Origin: Thermoplasmata archaeon
GTDB lineage: Archaea > Thermoplasmatota > Thermoplasmata > Lutacidiplasmatales > UBA184
Direction: 5' to 3'
Assembly (NCBI GenBank): GCA_050749765.1
Contig: JBOGRR010000001.1
Coordinates: forward strand, 1-53,292
Length of the DNA: 53,292 bases
Shown: positions 37,188 through 46,410 of the stretch, piece by piece
How the letters are laid out: each line of letters starts with the position of its first letter
Numbering within the stretch: position 1 is the stretch's first letter
Made by a program: the position numbers and the translations under genes
Notes under the pieces: generated by a model
The model's input: the letters and a program-made list of their open reading frames with translations, nothing else
What the model was told of the DNA's origin: nothing
Databases searched by the model: none

Positions 37188-37637
37188 ATTCTGGAGTAAC
37201 TTGAGATAACGTTGGGATATAAACGCTCCCGGTGGAGAGTTTGTCCTTTGGGGATCTCCCGGCTTCCTGTTTCATGCACGGCAAGAATCGGAACTTTTTG
37301 TCGAATCCTGGCCCCGGCATTTGAACCCGGTGTGCGACGGGTGTTCTCAGTGACCCCGCCACGGCACCGCCCTGTCGCTCGGAGCGATCGGAGCCGTCCA
37401 AGGGTCCGCCGCGTCGAGGAGCACTCGCCCGCCGAGCGGTGAGTCCTCGAACGAATACCGGGCACTGTTCGTCTTCGCGGGGGTCGAGAGGCGTGCACGG
37501 TCCGTCGCCGCTCACATCGAACGTCCCGTTCGGAGCGTTGCCTCGTCATCGCGCATCCTTCGCCACGGCCGGGAGAAGGAGCCGAGTGACTCCGCCGGTA
37601 CGCCCTCGCGAAGCAGCGAGCCCGCCTTGCCAACCTT

Positions 37638-38630
37638 ATGCGAACCGGGTCGCTCGCTCACGCCTTGACGAGCGACCCGCCCGCTCTCGGAGACTCGGCC
37701 TCGCCGTCGGGGCCACCGAAGATCCAGTCGCTCGATGTCTCGCTGCTCGTCGTGCTCGCGGTCGTCTGGGGCTCCGCCTACATCTTCATCCGGGAGGGGA
37801 TAGTTCTCGGGGCCTCCCCGCTTCTCTTCGCTGCGATCCGCTACGCGATCACGGCGGTGATCTTTGGGGGGATCGCGTGGGCCCACCGAGAGTCGTTTCC
37901 TCCCCGTCGCGCCCTTCTCGTCTCCGCGAGCGTCGGCGGGATCTTCATCATCGGCCTCTACGGGGGCCTTTTGTTCTGGGGCGAGCAGTACACCACGGGC
38001 GGATTCGCCTCGGCCCTCTCCGCGACGGCCCCGATCCTCACGGTCGCCTTCGCGTACTCGCTCCTGCCAGCCGAGCGGTTCAGTGCCGTAGCGCTCGGGG
38101 GGATCGCGCTCGGGATTGTGGGCACCGTCGTGCTCGTTTTCCCGGACCTTGCCCTGGGGTCGGGCGGCCCCGCGCAGGGGCCGCTCTTCATCCTCGCCGC
38201 GTTCGTGTCTACGGCGCTCGGGACGGTGTTGCTCCGTCGGTTCGGTGGAGGATCGCAAGGGCTCTGGCAGATCGGGACCCAGTTCGTTGTCGCGGCGCTG
38301 CTCCTCGGCGCGGCCGCCCTGGTCCTTCCGTACCCGGAGTCGTTGCCCGCGACCGGCGACTTCTGGGCCGCGCTCATCGCCCTCGTGGTCTTCTCCTCCG
38401 TCGTCGGATACTACATCTATTTCACGCTCCACCACCGCATCGGGCCGTTGCGAGCGAACTTGGTCACCTACCTCCTGCCGTTGATCGGGATCGCGATCGG
38501 CAGCGGGATCTTCGGTGAGCCGGTCACCGCCTGGGAGATCGGCGGGTTCGTGATCGTCCTCGCGGGGGTCAGCCTCGTGCTTTGGCCCTCGAGCCGGGCA
38601 GGGCCGGCTCCCCGCACTGCGGACCACTAG
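37638..38630 (+). CDS. EamA/DMT-superfamily transporter
   Basis: 330 aa with 10 TM helices as two EamA repeats (VVWGSAYIFIREGI...). Confidence 0.85.
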   Translation: MRTGSLAHALTSDPPALGDSASPSGPPKIQSLDVSLLVVLAVVWGSAYIFIREGIVLGASPLLFAAIRYAITAVIFGGIAWAHRESFPPRRALLVSASVGGIFIIGLYGGLLFWGEQYTTGGFASALSATAPILTVAFAYSLLPAERFSAVALGGIALGIVGTVVLVFPDLALGSGGPAQGPLFILAAFVSTALGTVLLRRFGGGSQGLWQIGTQFVVAALLLGAAALVLPYPESLPATGDFWAALIALVVFSSVVGYYIYFTLHHRIGPLRANLVTYLLPLIGIAIGSGIFGEPVTAWEIGGFVIVLAGVSLVLWPSSRAGPAPRTADH

Positions 38631-39706
38631 GTTCGCGAGGATACCGGCCCGACGGGCGTCGCGGTCGTCGGCCGATACTCCTGTGCCGGCCGGCCCACGA
38701 TCGGGATCGACGCTCCGCAGGTCCGACAGCGATTCTCCCGATCGAGGTTCCAGGACTGGATCGTGAATCCGTAGCGGCGGACCGCGAGGGCGCCGCACTC
38801 CGCGCAGTACGTGTGCTCGAGCGGATGGCCCCAGACGTTGCCGAGGTAGACGTAGCGTAGGCCCTCCTCGCGCGCGATCTGGTGGAGACGTTCGAGGGTC
38901 TCGGTCGGGGTGACCGGCAGGTCGAGCATACGGTAGTCGGGGTGCCAGCGCAACAGGTGAAACGGCGTGTCGCGACCCAACCGATCCCGTACCTCTCGGG
39001 CGAGGGCCCGCATCGCGTCCGGCGAGTCACCGACCCGGGGGACGATCAGGTCCGTCACTTCGACGTGGACGCGGGCTCGGGCGAGCTCCTCCATGGTTCT
39101 GAGGATCGGCAGGTCATCCTTGGCCGCGACGTACTTCCGCAGGAATCCGGCCTCGCCGCTCCCCTTGAAGTCGACGCTGATCGCGTCCAGGTGGCCCGCG
39201 AGCGCGCCGACCGCCTCGCTCGTCATGTAGCCATTGGTCACGAAGTTCGCGAAGAGGCCACGGCGCCGCGCTTCGCGCATGACGTCGAGCGCGTACTCGA
39301 TGAAGATCGTGGGCTCGTTGTAGGTGAATGTGACGCCCGAACAACCGTAGGAGATCGCTTCGCTCACGGCGCGCTCGGGGGAGAGCGAGCGACCGACCAC
39401 CTCGCGCTCCTGCGAGATCTCCGCATTCTGACAGTACTGGCACCGCCAGTTGCACCCGACCGTGCCGATCGAGTACACGCGGGCGCCCGGGTGGAAGTGG
39501 GAGAGCGGCTTTTTCTCGATCGGATCGACCTGGACCGCCGCGGCCTTCCCATACGAGAGCAAGGTCAATCGGCCGCCTTCGTTCTTGCGGACGAAGCAGA
39601 AACCGTGCGATCCGTCCGGCACCACGCAGTAGCGTGCACACGCCGTACATCGGACCTTCGAGCCGGGGAGCGCGGTATAGAGGCTCGCAGGGTGGCTCGC
39701 GCTCAT
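38627..39706 (-). CDS. AmmeMemoRadiSam-system-type radical SAM enzyme (PFL-activase-like, COG1180)
   Basis: Trimmed to the ATG at 39706. N-terminal CTACARYC...GFCFVRKN, VDPIEKKPLSHFHPG, cluster motif CNWRCQYCQN, C-terminal zinc ribbon CAECG...CRTCG. Confidence 0.8.
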   Translation of the reverse strand: MSASHPASLYTALPGSKVRCTACARYCVVPDGSHGFCFVRKNEGGRLTLLSYGKAAAVQVDPIEKKPLSHFHPGARVYSIGTVGCNWRCQYCQNAEISQEREVVGRSLSPERAVSEAISYGCSGVTFTYNEPTIFIEYALDVMREARRRGLFANFVTNGYMTSEAVGALAGHLDAISVDFKGSGEAGFLRKYVAAKDDLPILRTMEELARARVHVEVTDLIVPRVGDSPDAMRALAREVRDRLGRDTPFHLLRWHPDYRMLDLPVTPTETLERLHQIAREEGLRYVYLGNVWGHPLEHTYCAECGALAVRRYGFTIQSWNLDRENRCRTCGASIPIVGRPAQEYRPTTATPVGPVSSRT

Positions 39707-39798
39707 CGCCCGTACAGGGCGGTCGGCGAGAGATAACGGTGCCGAACAGCCCGACGCGAGACCCAACCTTCAATAGCCGTGGACCCTCCCCCGGTCCG

Positions 39799-41217
39799 AT
39801 GGGCGGCCGCACGGAGGCGACGGGCCCGTCGCGGGAACGAGAGAAGCTCGAAGCGCGCATCCGGGCGCGCCTCGAGCCGGAGCCCGAACTCCTCGCCCGG
39901 CTCGCAGAGGTCCGCGCCGACCTCGTTCGGCGCGTCGTTCAAACCGCGGTCGACCGCAAGCTGCCTCTCGTCCGGGCGCTCGTCGCCGGAAGCGCAGCGC
40001 GCGGGACCTTCCTCAAGGACCGTCTCGACGTCGATCTGTTCCTCCTGTTCCCGCCCGAGATCTCCCGGGACGACCTCGCGAAGCACGGCCTCGCGCTCGC
40101 GGAAGCGGTGCTGGAGAATCCCCAGCGGCGTTACGCCGACCACCCGTACCTGCGCGGGAGCTTTCACGGGTTCACGATCGACGCAGTGCCGGGCTTCGCG
40201 GTCAGCGACCCGTCCAAACCGCTCTCGCCGGTCGACCGCACGCCGTTCCACGACGAGTACCTGCGCACCCGCGAGAACCCCGCGCTCGTCGGCGAGGTCC
40301 GCCTCGCGAAGCAGTTCCTCCGCTCCCTCGGCGTCTACGGCTCCGAGGCGAGGACCCAGGGGTTCTCCGGTTATCTCGTCGAGCTGCTCGTCCTGCACGC
40401 GGGGGGGTTCGCCCGCCTGCTAGAAGCGGCCCGAGCGTGGAGGATTCCCGTACGCATTCGACCGGCCGCGGAGGACCCGCCCCGACTGCCCGAGGAGGTC
40501 GCGCTCATCTTGGCCGACCCGGTCGATCCGAACCGCAACGTCGCGAGCGCTCTCTCTCGGCGCAACCTCGCCCTCGTGGTCCTTGCGGCCGACGCCTATC
40601 TTGGCGACCCGTCCGAGCGGTGGTTCCGAGTACACCCCGTGAGCCCCATGTCCCGCACTGAGGCCCTCGCGCGGATGGCCGAGCGGGGGACCGAGGTCCT
40701 CGTGATCGACCTCCCACGACCGTCGCTGGTCGACGATACCCTCTACCCGCAGGTGCGCAAGGCCGAGCGGACCGCCGCCGAAGAGATTGAGCGCGCCGGA
40801 TTCCAGGTCCTCGGTTCCTCGAGCGCAGCGGGGGAGCGCTCGGTGGTTCTCGTCGTCGAGGTCGCCTCGGGCCGCTTGCCGGCGGTCCGGGTCCAGGACG
40901 GCCCGCCGGTAGGGCTCGATCGTGTCGGGAACTTCCTCGGCAAGTGGACCTCCCAGAATGCTCCGACGCTCCAAGGGCCCTATGTCGATGAGGTCGGGCG
41001 ACTCGCGGTCGAGGTTCGACGACCGGAGCGCCGAATCCTACCGATCGTCCGCGAGCTCCTCCCCCGAATGTCCCTCGGCAAGAACCTCACGCCGAACCCG
41101 ACGGCGACGACCCCGGTCCGAACGCTCGCCGATCAGCCGGAGTCGCCCGAGCTCTCCACGGCCCTCACCGATCTCTTCGAAAAGCACCTGCCGTGGCGGC
41201 GCCCCGCATCCGGGTGA
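39799..41217 (+). CDS. cca: CCA-adding enzyme (archaeal class I tRNA nucleotidyltransferase)
   Basis: Trimmed from ORF 39634.. to the ATG at 39799. Class I NTase motif GSAARGTFLKDRLDVDLFLLF, then ADHPYLRG and TPFH. Archaeal length. Confidence 0.85.
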   Translation: MGGRTEATGPSREREKLEARIRARLEPEPELLARLAEVRADLVRRVVQTAVDRKLPLVRALVAGSAARGTFLKDRLDVDLFLLFPPEISRDDLAKHGLALAEAVLENPQRRYADHPYLRGSFHGFTIDAVPGFAVSDPSKPLSPVDRTPFHDEYLRTRENPALVGEVRLAKQFLRSLGVYGSEARTQGFSGYLVELLVLHAGGFARLLEAARAWRIPVRIRPAAEDPPRLPEEVALILADPVDPNRNVASALSRRNLALVVLAADAYLGDPSERWFRVHPVSPMSRTEALARMAERGTEVLVIDLPRPSLVDDTLYPQVRKAERTAAEEIERAGFQVLGSSSAAGERSVVLVVEVASGRLPAVRVQDGPPVGLDRVGNFLGKWTSQNAPTLQGPYVDEVGRLAVEVRRPERRILPIVRELLPRMSLGKNLTPNPTATTPVRTLADQPESPELSTALTDLFEKHLPWRRPASG

Positions 41218-41246
41218 GTCCGAGTCGGTTCGGGCCGAGGGCGGTG

Positions 41247-41615
41247 CTACACGAGGGTGTGGGCGAGATCGCTCAGCAGGAACCAGACGGCGAGCCAACC
41301 GAAGAAGACGACCGCGATCATCGTCGCCCAATCGCCCTTCGTGTAGACGTGGGAGCGCGGGTGGACCGCCTGGACCGCGGGGACGACGCCGATCATCCCC
41401 ATGAACCCGAGGACGACACCGACCGCCCACGTGACCCCGCTGGAGGTCGCGACCCAGGAGAGGGCGCCCACCCCGAGCGCCATGAGGCCGGCGAGGACCA
41501 TTCCGAAGCTGACCTCGTACTCCTTGGCGACGTAGGCGTGCTCGTCGAAGACGGGAAAGTCGAACGAGGGTTCTTTCTCTACCTCGTCGTCGACCTGACG
41601 GACCTTCTTCGCCAT
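41247..41615 (-). CDS. hypothetical membrane protein with acidic N-terminus
   Basis: 122 aa with three hydrophobic helices. Lies 11 nt downstream of lipA on the same strand. Confidence 0.5.
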   Translation of the reverse strand: MAKKVRQVDDEVEKEPSFDFPVFDEHAYVAKEYEVSFGMVLAGLMALGVGALSWVATSSGVTWAVGVVLGFMGMIGVVPAVQAVHPRSHVYTKGDWATMIAVVFFGWLAVWFLLSDLAHTLV

Positions 41616-41626
41616 GATCGTGCGGC

Positions 41627-42544
41627 CTACCTGGACCGGGTGATAAAGGCGCGCTCAAAGAGTTCGTCGGCGTGGTAGGAACTGCGCACGAGCGGGCCCG
41701 ACTCGACGCCGGCGAAGCCGAGCGCGAGACCCTCGGCGCGCCACCGCTCGAACTCCTCCAGGGAGACGTACCGCTCGACGGGTAGGTGCTTGGCGCTCGG
41801 GCGCAGGTACTGTCCGAACGTCAAAAGGTCGACGTCCGCCCCGCGCAACTCGCGCATCGCGGCCCGTACCTCGTCGTCGCGCTCGCCGACCCCGAGCATG
41901 ATCGAGCTCTTCGTCACGAGTCCCGACGGCCCGAGTTCCTTGGAGCGCCGGAGGACCTCAAGTGAGCGGTCATAGCTCGCGCGCGGGTCGCGGAGGCGCG
42001 GAGAGCACGAGCGGACCGTCTCGAGGTTGTGGGCGAGTACTTGAATCGGCGCGGCGGCCACCGCGCCGATCGCGTCCGCCGAGCCGGCGAGGTCGCCGAT
42101 GAGAAGCTCGATGCGGGTCGCGGGGGCGCCCGCGTGGATCCGCTCCACCGTCTCGACGAGATGGCCCGCGCCCCCATCCGGCAGGTCGTCCCGGCAGACC
42201 TGGGTCAGGACCACGTAGCGCAACCCGCTCGCGACGATGGCCGCGGCGACCCGCACCGGTTCGGTCCGATCGACCCAGCCCTTCGGCCAGTGCGTGTGAA
42301 CGGCGCAGAACCCGCACCGACGGGTGCACTCGGTCCCGAGGAGCATGATCGTCGCCGTGCCCGCGGACCAGCACTCCGCGAGATTCGGGCATCGAGCCTC
42401 CCGACAGACGGTGCCGAGCTCGAGGCGTTCGAGGGTCGAGCGAAGGTCGAGGTACTTCGCTCCGTGCGGTGGTCGCGTGCGGATCCACGCAGGCAACGAG
42501 GTCGGATCGGGCCGGCTCGAGGCGCTCACCGCCACCGACGACAC
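41627..42544 (-). CDS. lipA: lipoyl synthase
   Basis: 305 aa. Auxiliary cluster CREARCPNLAEC (C-x4-C-x5-C) and radical SAM cluster CTRRCGFC. C-terminal RSSYHA. Confidence 0.9.
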   Translation of the reverse strand: MSSVAVSASSRPDPTSLPAWIRTRPPHGAKYLDLRSTLERLELGTVCREARCPNLAECWSAGTATIMLLGTECTRRCGFCAVHTHWPKGWVDRTEPVRVAAAIVASGLRYVVLTQVCRDDLPDGGAGHLVETVERIHAGAPATRIELLIGDLAGSADAIGAVAAAPIQVLAHNLETVRSCSPRLRDPRASYDRSLEVLRRSKELGPSGLVTKSSIMLGVGERDDEVRAAMRELRGADVDLLTFGQYLRPSAKHLPVERYVSLEEFERWRAEGLALGFAGVESGPLVRSSYHADELFERAFITRSR

Positions 42545-42568
42545 GGCGTCTCGACCGAGATGGACCGT

Positions 42569-43744
42569 TTAGCCTTTACCGCGGGCTCGCGTCGATCGAT
42601 CCGTCCCCCGCGCGGTCCGGCCGATCCGCTCTTCGATGAGCGTCGCGAGGTAGCTGGCGGGCAGCTCGTCCATCCCGATCTCGGCGGAACTCCCCGAGCC
42701 GCTCGTTTCGAGAGAGACGAGCCCGGAGCGGTCGAGCTCCTGGAGGGTTCGCCAGAAGGTCGTACGGCTCACGGGCTTCTCGGCGAGCTCTTCGAGGAGG
42801 GCCGCGTGCACGGTACGCAGCTTCTGGCTGGAGATCGTCGACCCGCGACGTTTGAGCGATCGCGCGAGGGCGAGCAGCGCCGTGAGCGCGTGGGTCGACA
42901 GGCCCTCGAGCTGGCTCTCCGTGACGGTGGGATAGATCGAGCCCTTGGCGGCGCGGACGTCCTCGGAGCCGATCGTTGGCCGGTCGGCCTCTTCGGCGGT
43001 GTGCGCCGCACCGGCGAGGAGCTCGAGTGCGAAGCGAGCGTCGCCGTTCGGGGCGGCGATGCGCGCGATCTGCTCGAGCACCGGCAGGTCGTAGCTCCCG
43101 GGTCGCAACGCGAGCTCCGCGCGCGAGAGCAGGATCTCGGCGAGCTGCTCGCGGGAGTACGGTGGCAGTGTGAGGCGATGCGTGATCCCGAAGCTCGATC
43201 GGCTCGCGGGGTCGATCAAGGGCAGGAGATCGTCCGGGGCGATCAGCACCAGGGAGATCGAGCCGAGGCCGACCTCGGCGGCGCGCGACAAGAGGTAGAC
43301 GAGCTTCGTTCCCTGCCGGACCAGCGCTCCGGCTTCGTCGAGGATCACTAGGTAGTGGCGGGGGTGCCGCCGAACTCCCTGCTCGAAGACGTCGAGCATC
43401 TCCGCGAGCGAGTAGCCACGGTCGGGGAGGGAGACATCCACCGCGTGCAGGAGGTCGAGCGCCACGGTCCGATCGCTCGCACGGCGCCACGCGTTGATGT
43501 AGACCATCTTGACCGGGGCGGGGCCGAGGTGGCCGGCCCGCTCGAGGTCGGTCCCGAGCCGGCGAGCGAGGGCGGTCTTTCCGCTACCGATGCCCCCGGT
43601 GATCTGGATGTGAAAGGGGACCGCTCGGCCGAGCGAATCCCGAAACCGGCGAGTAAGTCGGGCGAGCTCCTCGTCGCGATGGACGAGCTTTGAGGGCAGG
43701 TAGTTCGGTTCGAGCGTCTCCTCCTTCAGGAGAATTCGTGCCAT
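42569..43744 (-). CDS. cdc6: Orc1/Cdc6 family replication initiation protein
   Basis: Trimmed from 43909 to the ATG at 43744. LPSKLVHRDEEL, Walker A GGIGSGKT, Walker B LVILDEAG, C-terminal winged helix (SRTTFWRTLQELDRSGLV). Confidence 0.85.
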   Translation of the reverse strand: MARILLKEETLEPNYLPSKLVHRDEELARLTRRFRDSLGRAVPFHIQITGGIGSGKTALARRLGTDLERAGHLGPAPVKMVYINAWRRASDRTVALDLLHAVDVSLPDRGYSLAEMLDVFEQGVRRHPRHYLVILDEAGALVRQGTKLVYLLSRAAEVGLGSISLVLIAPDDLLPLIDPASRSSFGITHRLTLPPYSREQLAEILLSRAELALRPGSYDLPVLEQIARIAAPNGDARFALELLAGAAHTAEEADRPTIGSEDVRAAKGSIYPTVTESQLEGLSTHALTALLALARSLKRRGSTISSQKLRTVHAALLEELAEKPVSRTTFWRTLQELDRSGLVSLETSGSGSSAEIGMDELPASYLATLIEERIGRTARGTDRSTRARGKG

Positions 43745-43781
43745 GGTGTGCCCCGGGGGTCGCCCACGGGCGCTTGGGATA

Positions 43782-44414
43782 TCAACTCCTCGCCCGCCGG
43801 CGTCGCGCGAGACCGGCCGGGAGCGTCGCCACCACCCGATCGGCGCTCTCGGTGGCGCGACGTCGCCCGTCGACGCGGATCCAGCGGCCTTCCTCGGCCA
43901 GGCGATCATACGCGGCGGCGACTCGGTTCAGGGTACGCCGTCGCTCGAGCGGAGAGCGGCCCTGGCGCCGGCGCCCCACTCGTGCGAGCGCGTCCGGGAC
44001 CGGGATCTCGAGGAGGACGATGAGCTCGGGCGGGATCGTGGCTCTACGCTGCAGCTCCTTTAGACGGCGCCGCTGCCGGGCGGGAAGGGCGCTTCCTTGA
44101 TAGGCGATCGTCGACCAGAACGATCGGTCGCCGAGCACGACGTCGGCCCGAGTCAGGTCCCGCTCGAGCGCCGGTCGCTGAAGGTAGCGATCGATCGTGA
44201 AGTAGATCGCGCCGGCCCACGGGTCCACCGCACCGAGCGCCTGCGCGTACCGCTTGAGTTCCAGCGAGCCCGGCTCTCGGCGCACGCGCACCGAGTACCC
44301 CGCCCGGCGCAGTCTCCGCGCGACGAGCGGGACCAACGTCGACTTCCCGGCGCCGTCGAGCCCTTCGAAGGCGACATAGAGGGCTCGGCGAGGGGAACGA
44401 CGAGCGACCGCCAT
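43782..44414 (-). CDS. tmk: thymidylate kinase
   Basis: P-loop FEGLDGAGKST, DRY-like FTIDRY region and lid region. Start set to the ATG at 44414 to avoid overlapping tatD. Confidence 0.85.
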   Translation of the reverse strand: MAVARRSPRRALYVAFEGLDGAGKSTLVPLVARRLRRAGYSVRVRREPGSLELKRYAQALGAVDPWAGAIYFTIDRYLQRPALERDLTRADVVLGDRSFWSTIAYQGSALPARQRRRLKELQRRATIPPELIVLLEIPVPDALARVGRRRQGRSPLERRRTLNRVAAAYDRLAEEGRWIRVDGRRRATESADRVVATLPAGLARRRRARS

Positions 44415-44425
44415 CGATCGAGCGT

Positions 44426-45301
44426 TCACGTTCGCACCTCCGGCCGCCACCCGTAAACGGCATGGATCGACTCCTCAAAGGGAACGCGCAGCCGCTCGAC
44501 CGACTCCGGGTGTTGCGCGGCGAGCCACGCGGCGCGGCGAGGTACGGTCGCGAGATCGAGGACGGCCCCGGGGCGTCCCGGGTCGTCCAGGTAGTCGGTC
44601 TCAAGGAACCACGGGCCCGGGTCGCCGAGCACCTCGGTGAAGAGCTCCCGGCGCGCGAGGTAGGACTTTGAGGCCGTCGAAGGGCCCCCCGCGCTGAGGC
44701 GCTGACGCGCGTAGTGTTTCACGAGGCGGGACGGCGCGAGCCCCGCGCGCCGGGCCCGCTCGGTGAGCTGGGAGAGCGCCTGCGGGCCGAGGTCCTCGCA
44801 GTGCACGATCGCCGGGCAGTCCGACTCTTTGGCGAGGACGAGGGCATAGTCGAAGAGCTCCTCGCCGGCAGCACGGAGGGCGGCGTCGTCGACGGCGAAG
44901 TGGGGCCGGCCGACCTCCCCGAGCGCGACGGCCCGTCGCTCGCGGACCCACTTCGCCGCGAGATCGAGCGCGGTGCGATGGAGCGCCGCAGCGACGGAAA
45001 CGCCGGCGTGCGGCGCGAGGCGAACGAGGTCGATCGGATAGGGGGCCACCACGACGTACACGACGACGCCGGTCGCCTCGGTGACCCGGCGCGCGAGCGC
45101 CTCGGTCGTCTCGAACTGGCGCTCGTAGGCGGTCAACTCCGAGGGAACGGTCGTCTCGTAGTTTTGGGTAGAGAGGAAGAGATGGGTTCCGCCCGCGGCT
45201 CGGAACCGCTCGGCGGCGACGACCGAATCCCCGTGCGGCGAGAGGTGGCAATGGTGGTCCACGATGGGGAGGTCCGACGGGAGCGGCACGCGCAGCCCCA
45301 C
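44426..45301 (-). CDS. TatD-related metal-dependent hydrolase
   Basis: 291 aa. N-terminal IVDHHCHL His pair and downstream VHCED motif, typical of amidohydrolase-fold TatD proteins. Confidence 0.75.
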   Translation of the reverse strand: MGLRVPLPSDLPIVDHHCHLSPHGDSVVAAERFRAAGGTHLFLSTQNYETTVPSELTAYERQFETTEALARRVTEATGVVVYVVVAPYPIDLVRLAPHAGVSVAAALHRTALDLAAKWVRERRAVALGEVGRPHFAVDDAALRAAGEELFDYALVLAKESDCPAIVHCEDLGPQALSQLTERARRAGLAPSRLVKHYARQRLSAGGPSTASKSYLARRELFTEVLGDPGPWFLETDYLDDPGRPGAVLDLATVPRRAAWLAAQHPESVERLRVPFEESIHAVYGWRPEVRT

Positions 45302-45309
45302 CCGTCGTG

Positions 45310-45858
45310 TCAGCGAAGGAGGCCGGCGCCTTGGAGCTCCTTGGTGATCTTCTTCACGGCGACCTCGACGTCCGAGGGCTTCCGGGCCCCCGTGCAGACA
45401 AGCTTGCCGCTGCCGAAGAGCAGGATGACGACGCGGGGCTCCTCGATGCGGCAGACGAGCCCAGGAAACTGCTCCGGCTCGTACTCGACGCGATCGAGTC
45501 CGAGCGTCACGGCGATCGCGTTGAGGTTGATCTCGCTCTCGAGATCGGAGCTCGCGACGATGTTCTGAACCTCGATCTTCGGGTGCAGGTGGATCTTCTG
45601 GCCCCCCTTGCGGATCTGTTGGGAGACCGTCGCGATCGAGTCCTCGACCTCCTTCATGCTCTTCGCGCCGGTGCAGACGACCTTGCCGCTTCGGAAGAGG
45701 AGGATCGCGGTCTTCGGTTGCTTGAGGCGATAGATGAGCCCCGGGAACTGCTCGGGTTCGTACTCCGCGCCGTCGAGCCCGAGAGCGATGGACTGCAGGT
45801 CGAGCTGATCTCCCAGGGACGTTGATGCGACGACGTTCTCGATGCGAATCCTCACCAT
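45310..45858 (-). CDS. tbp: TATA-box-binding protein
   Basis: 182 aa. Two direct repeats: NVVASTSLGDQLDLQSIAL..EYEPEQFPGLIYR..LLFRSGKVVCTGAKS, and a second copy. Confidence 0.95.
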   Translation of the reverse strand: MVRIRIENVVASTSLGDQLDLQSIALGLDGAEYEPEQFPGLIYRLKQPKTAILLFRSGKVVCTGAKSMKEVEDSIATVSQQIRKGGQKIHLHPKIEVQNIVASSDLESEINLNAIAVTLGLDRVEYEPEQFPGLVCRIEEPRVVILLFGSGKLVCTGARKPSDVEVAVKKITKELQGAGLLR

Positions 45859-45875
45859 CGCAGCTCGCGCGGTAG

Positions 45876-45897
45876 GTATTTAAACGAGTATTTAAAC
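45876..45897 (-). promoter_or_regulatory. duplicated TATA box (GTTTAAATAC x2, 12-nt period) upstream of tbp
   Basis: Plus strand reads GTATTTAAAC-GA-GTATTTAAAC. The proximal copy is centred about 23 nt and the distal copy about 35 nt upstream of the tbp ATG at 45858. Confidence 0.55.
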
Positions 45898-45977
45898 ACG
45901 CTTACGCCATTTTCACGATTTTCTGAGGAGGAACGCGAGAGTCCGGGACCAGACCTGGGATCGGCACGTGGGGCCAT

Positions 45978-46382
45978 TCAACCTCGCGGACGGGCTGGAG
46001 GTGGGAGCGCGGGACGGCTCGTACGCACGAGCGTGATCGCGAGCACTACGAACGCGATCAACGCGAGGACCTCGATCCCGAACACCACGGTCGGGTACGT
46101 TGGGTCCCAGATGAGCGCGATGAGCCCGACCGCGATCGGCACGATGAGCCACGGAATGCGGCCCTTCGGAATGTGGATACCGGAGAACGTGGGAGCGATC
46201 GGTTCGGTCTCGGCACCGTCACGGGGGTGGAATCGCGGAGAGAACGTCGAGTGACTCCCGCAGAGCGGGCATGCGACGTCGCGCGAGCCGCCCGGCGGGG
46301 GCACGCTCGCGGAGGCGTCGAGCGTGTACTCGTAGTCGAACGACCGTCCACACTCCGGGCACTGGAGGAGGACGTTCCCCAT
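45978..46382 (-). CDS. zinc-ribbon membrane protein (hypothetical)
   Basis: Trimmed from ORF 45978..46718 to the ATG at 46382. N-terminal CPECG...CPLCG ribbon followed by two TM helices. Confidence 0.5.
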   Translation of the reverse strand: MGNVLLQCPECGRSFDYEYTLDASASVPPPGGSRDVACPLCGSHSTFSPRFHPRDGAETEPIAPTFSGIHIPKGRIPWLIVPIAVGLIALIWDPTYPTVVFGIEVLALIAFVVLAITLVRTSRPALPPPARPRG

Positions 46383-46410
46383 ATCCCTCGGTTGGGTCGC
46401 GCGAGATATT

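Larger units (their letters stand above)
36575..37327. mobile_element. remnant of a tRNA-Leu-targeted integrated element (no integrase) carrying a toxin-antitoxin pair
   Basis: A 27-nt imperfect direct repeat with a 16-nt exact core AATCCTGGCCCCGGCA. One copy is at the tRNA 3' end (36575-36601), the other at 37301-37327. The interval is visibly less GC-rich than its flanks. Confidence 0.5.

Noticed and set aside
42545-43781. Replication origin next to cdc6
   Set aside because: The flanking spacers are only 24 and 37 nt. I saw no repeated ORB-like elements and no AT-rich unwinding region. Any origin lies elsewhere.
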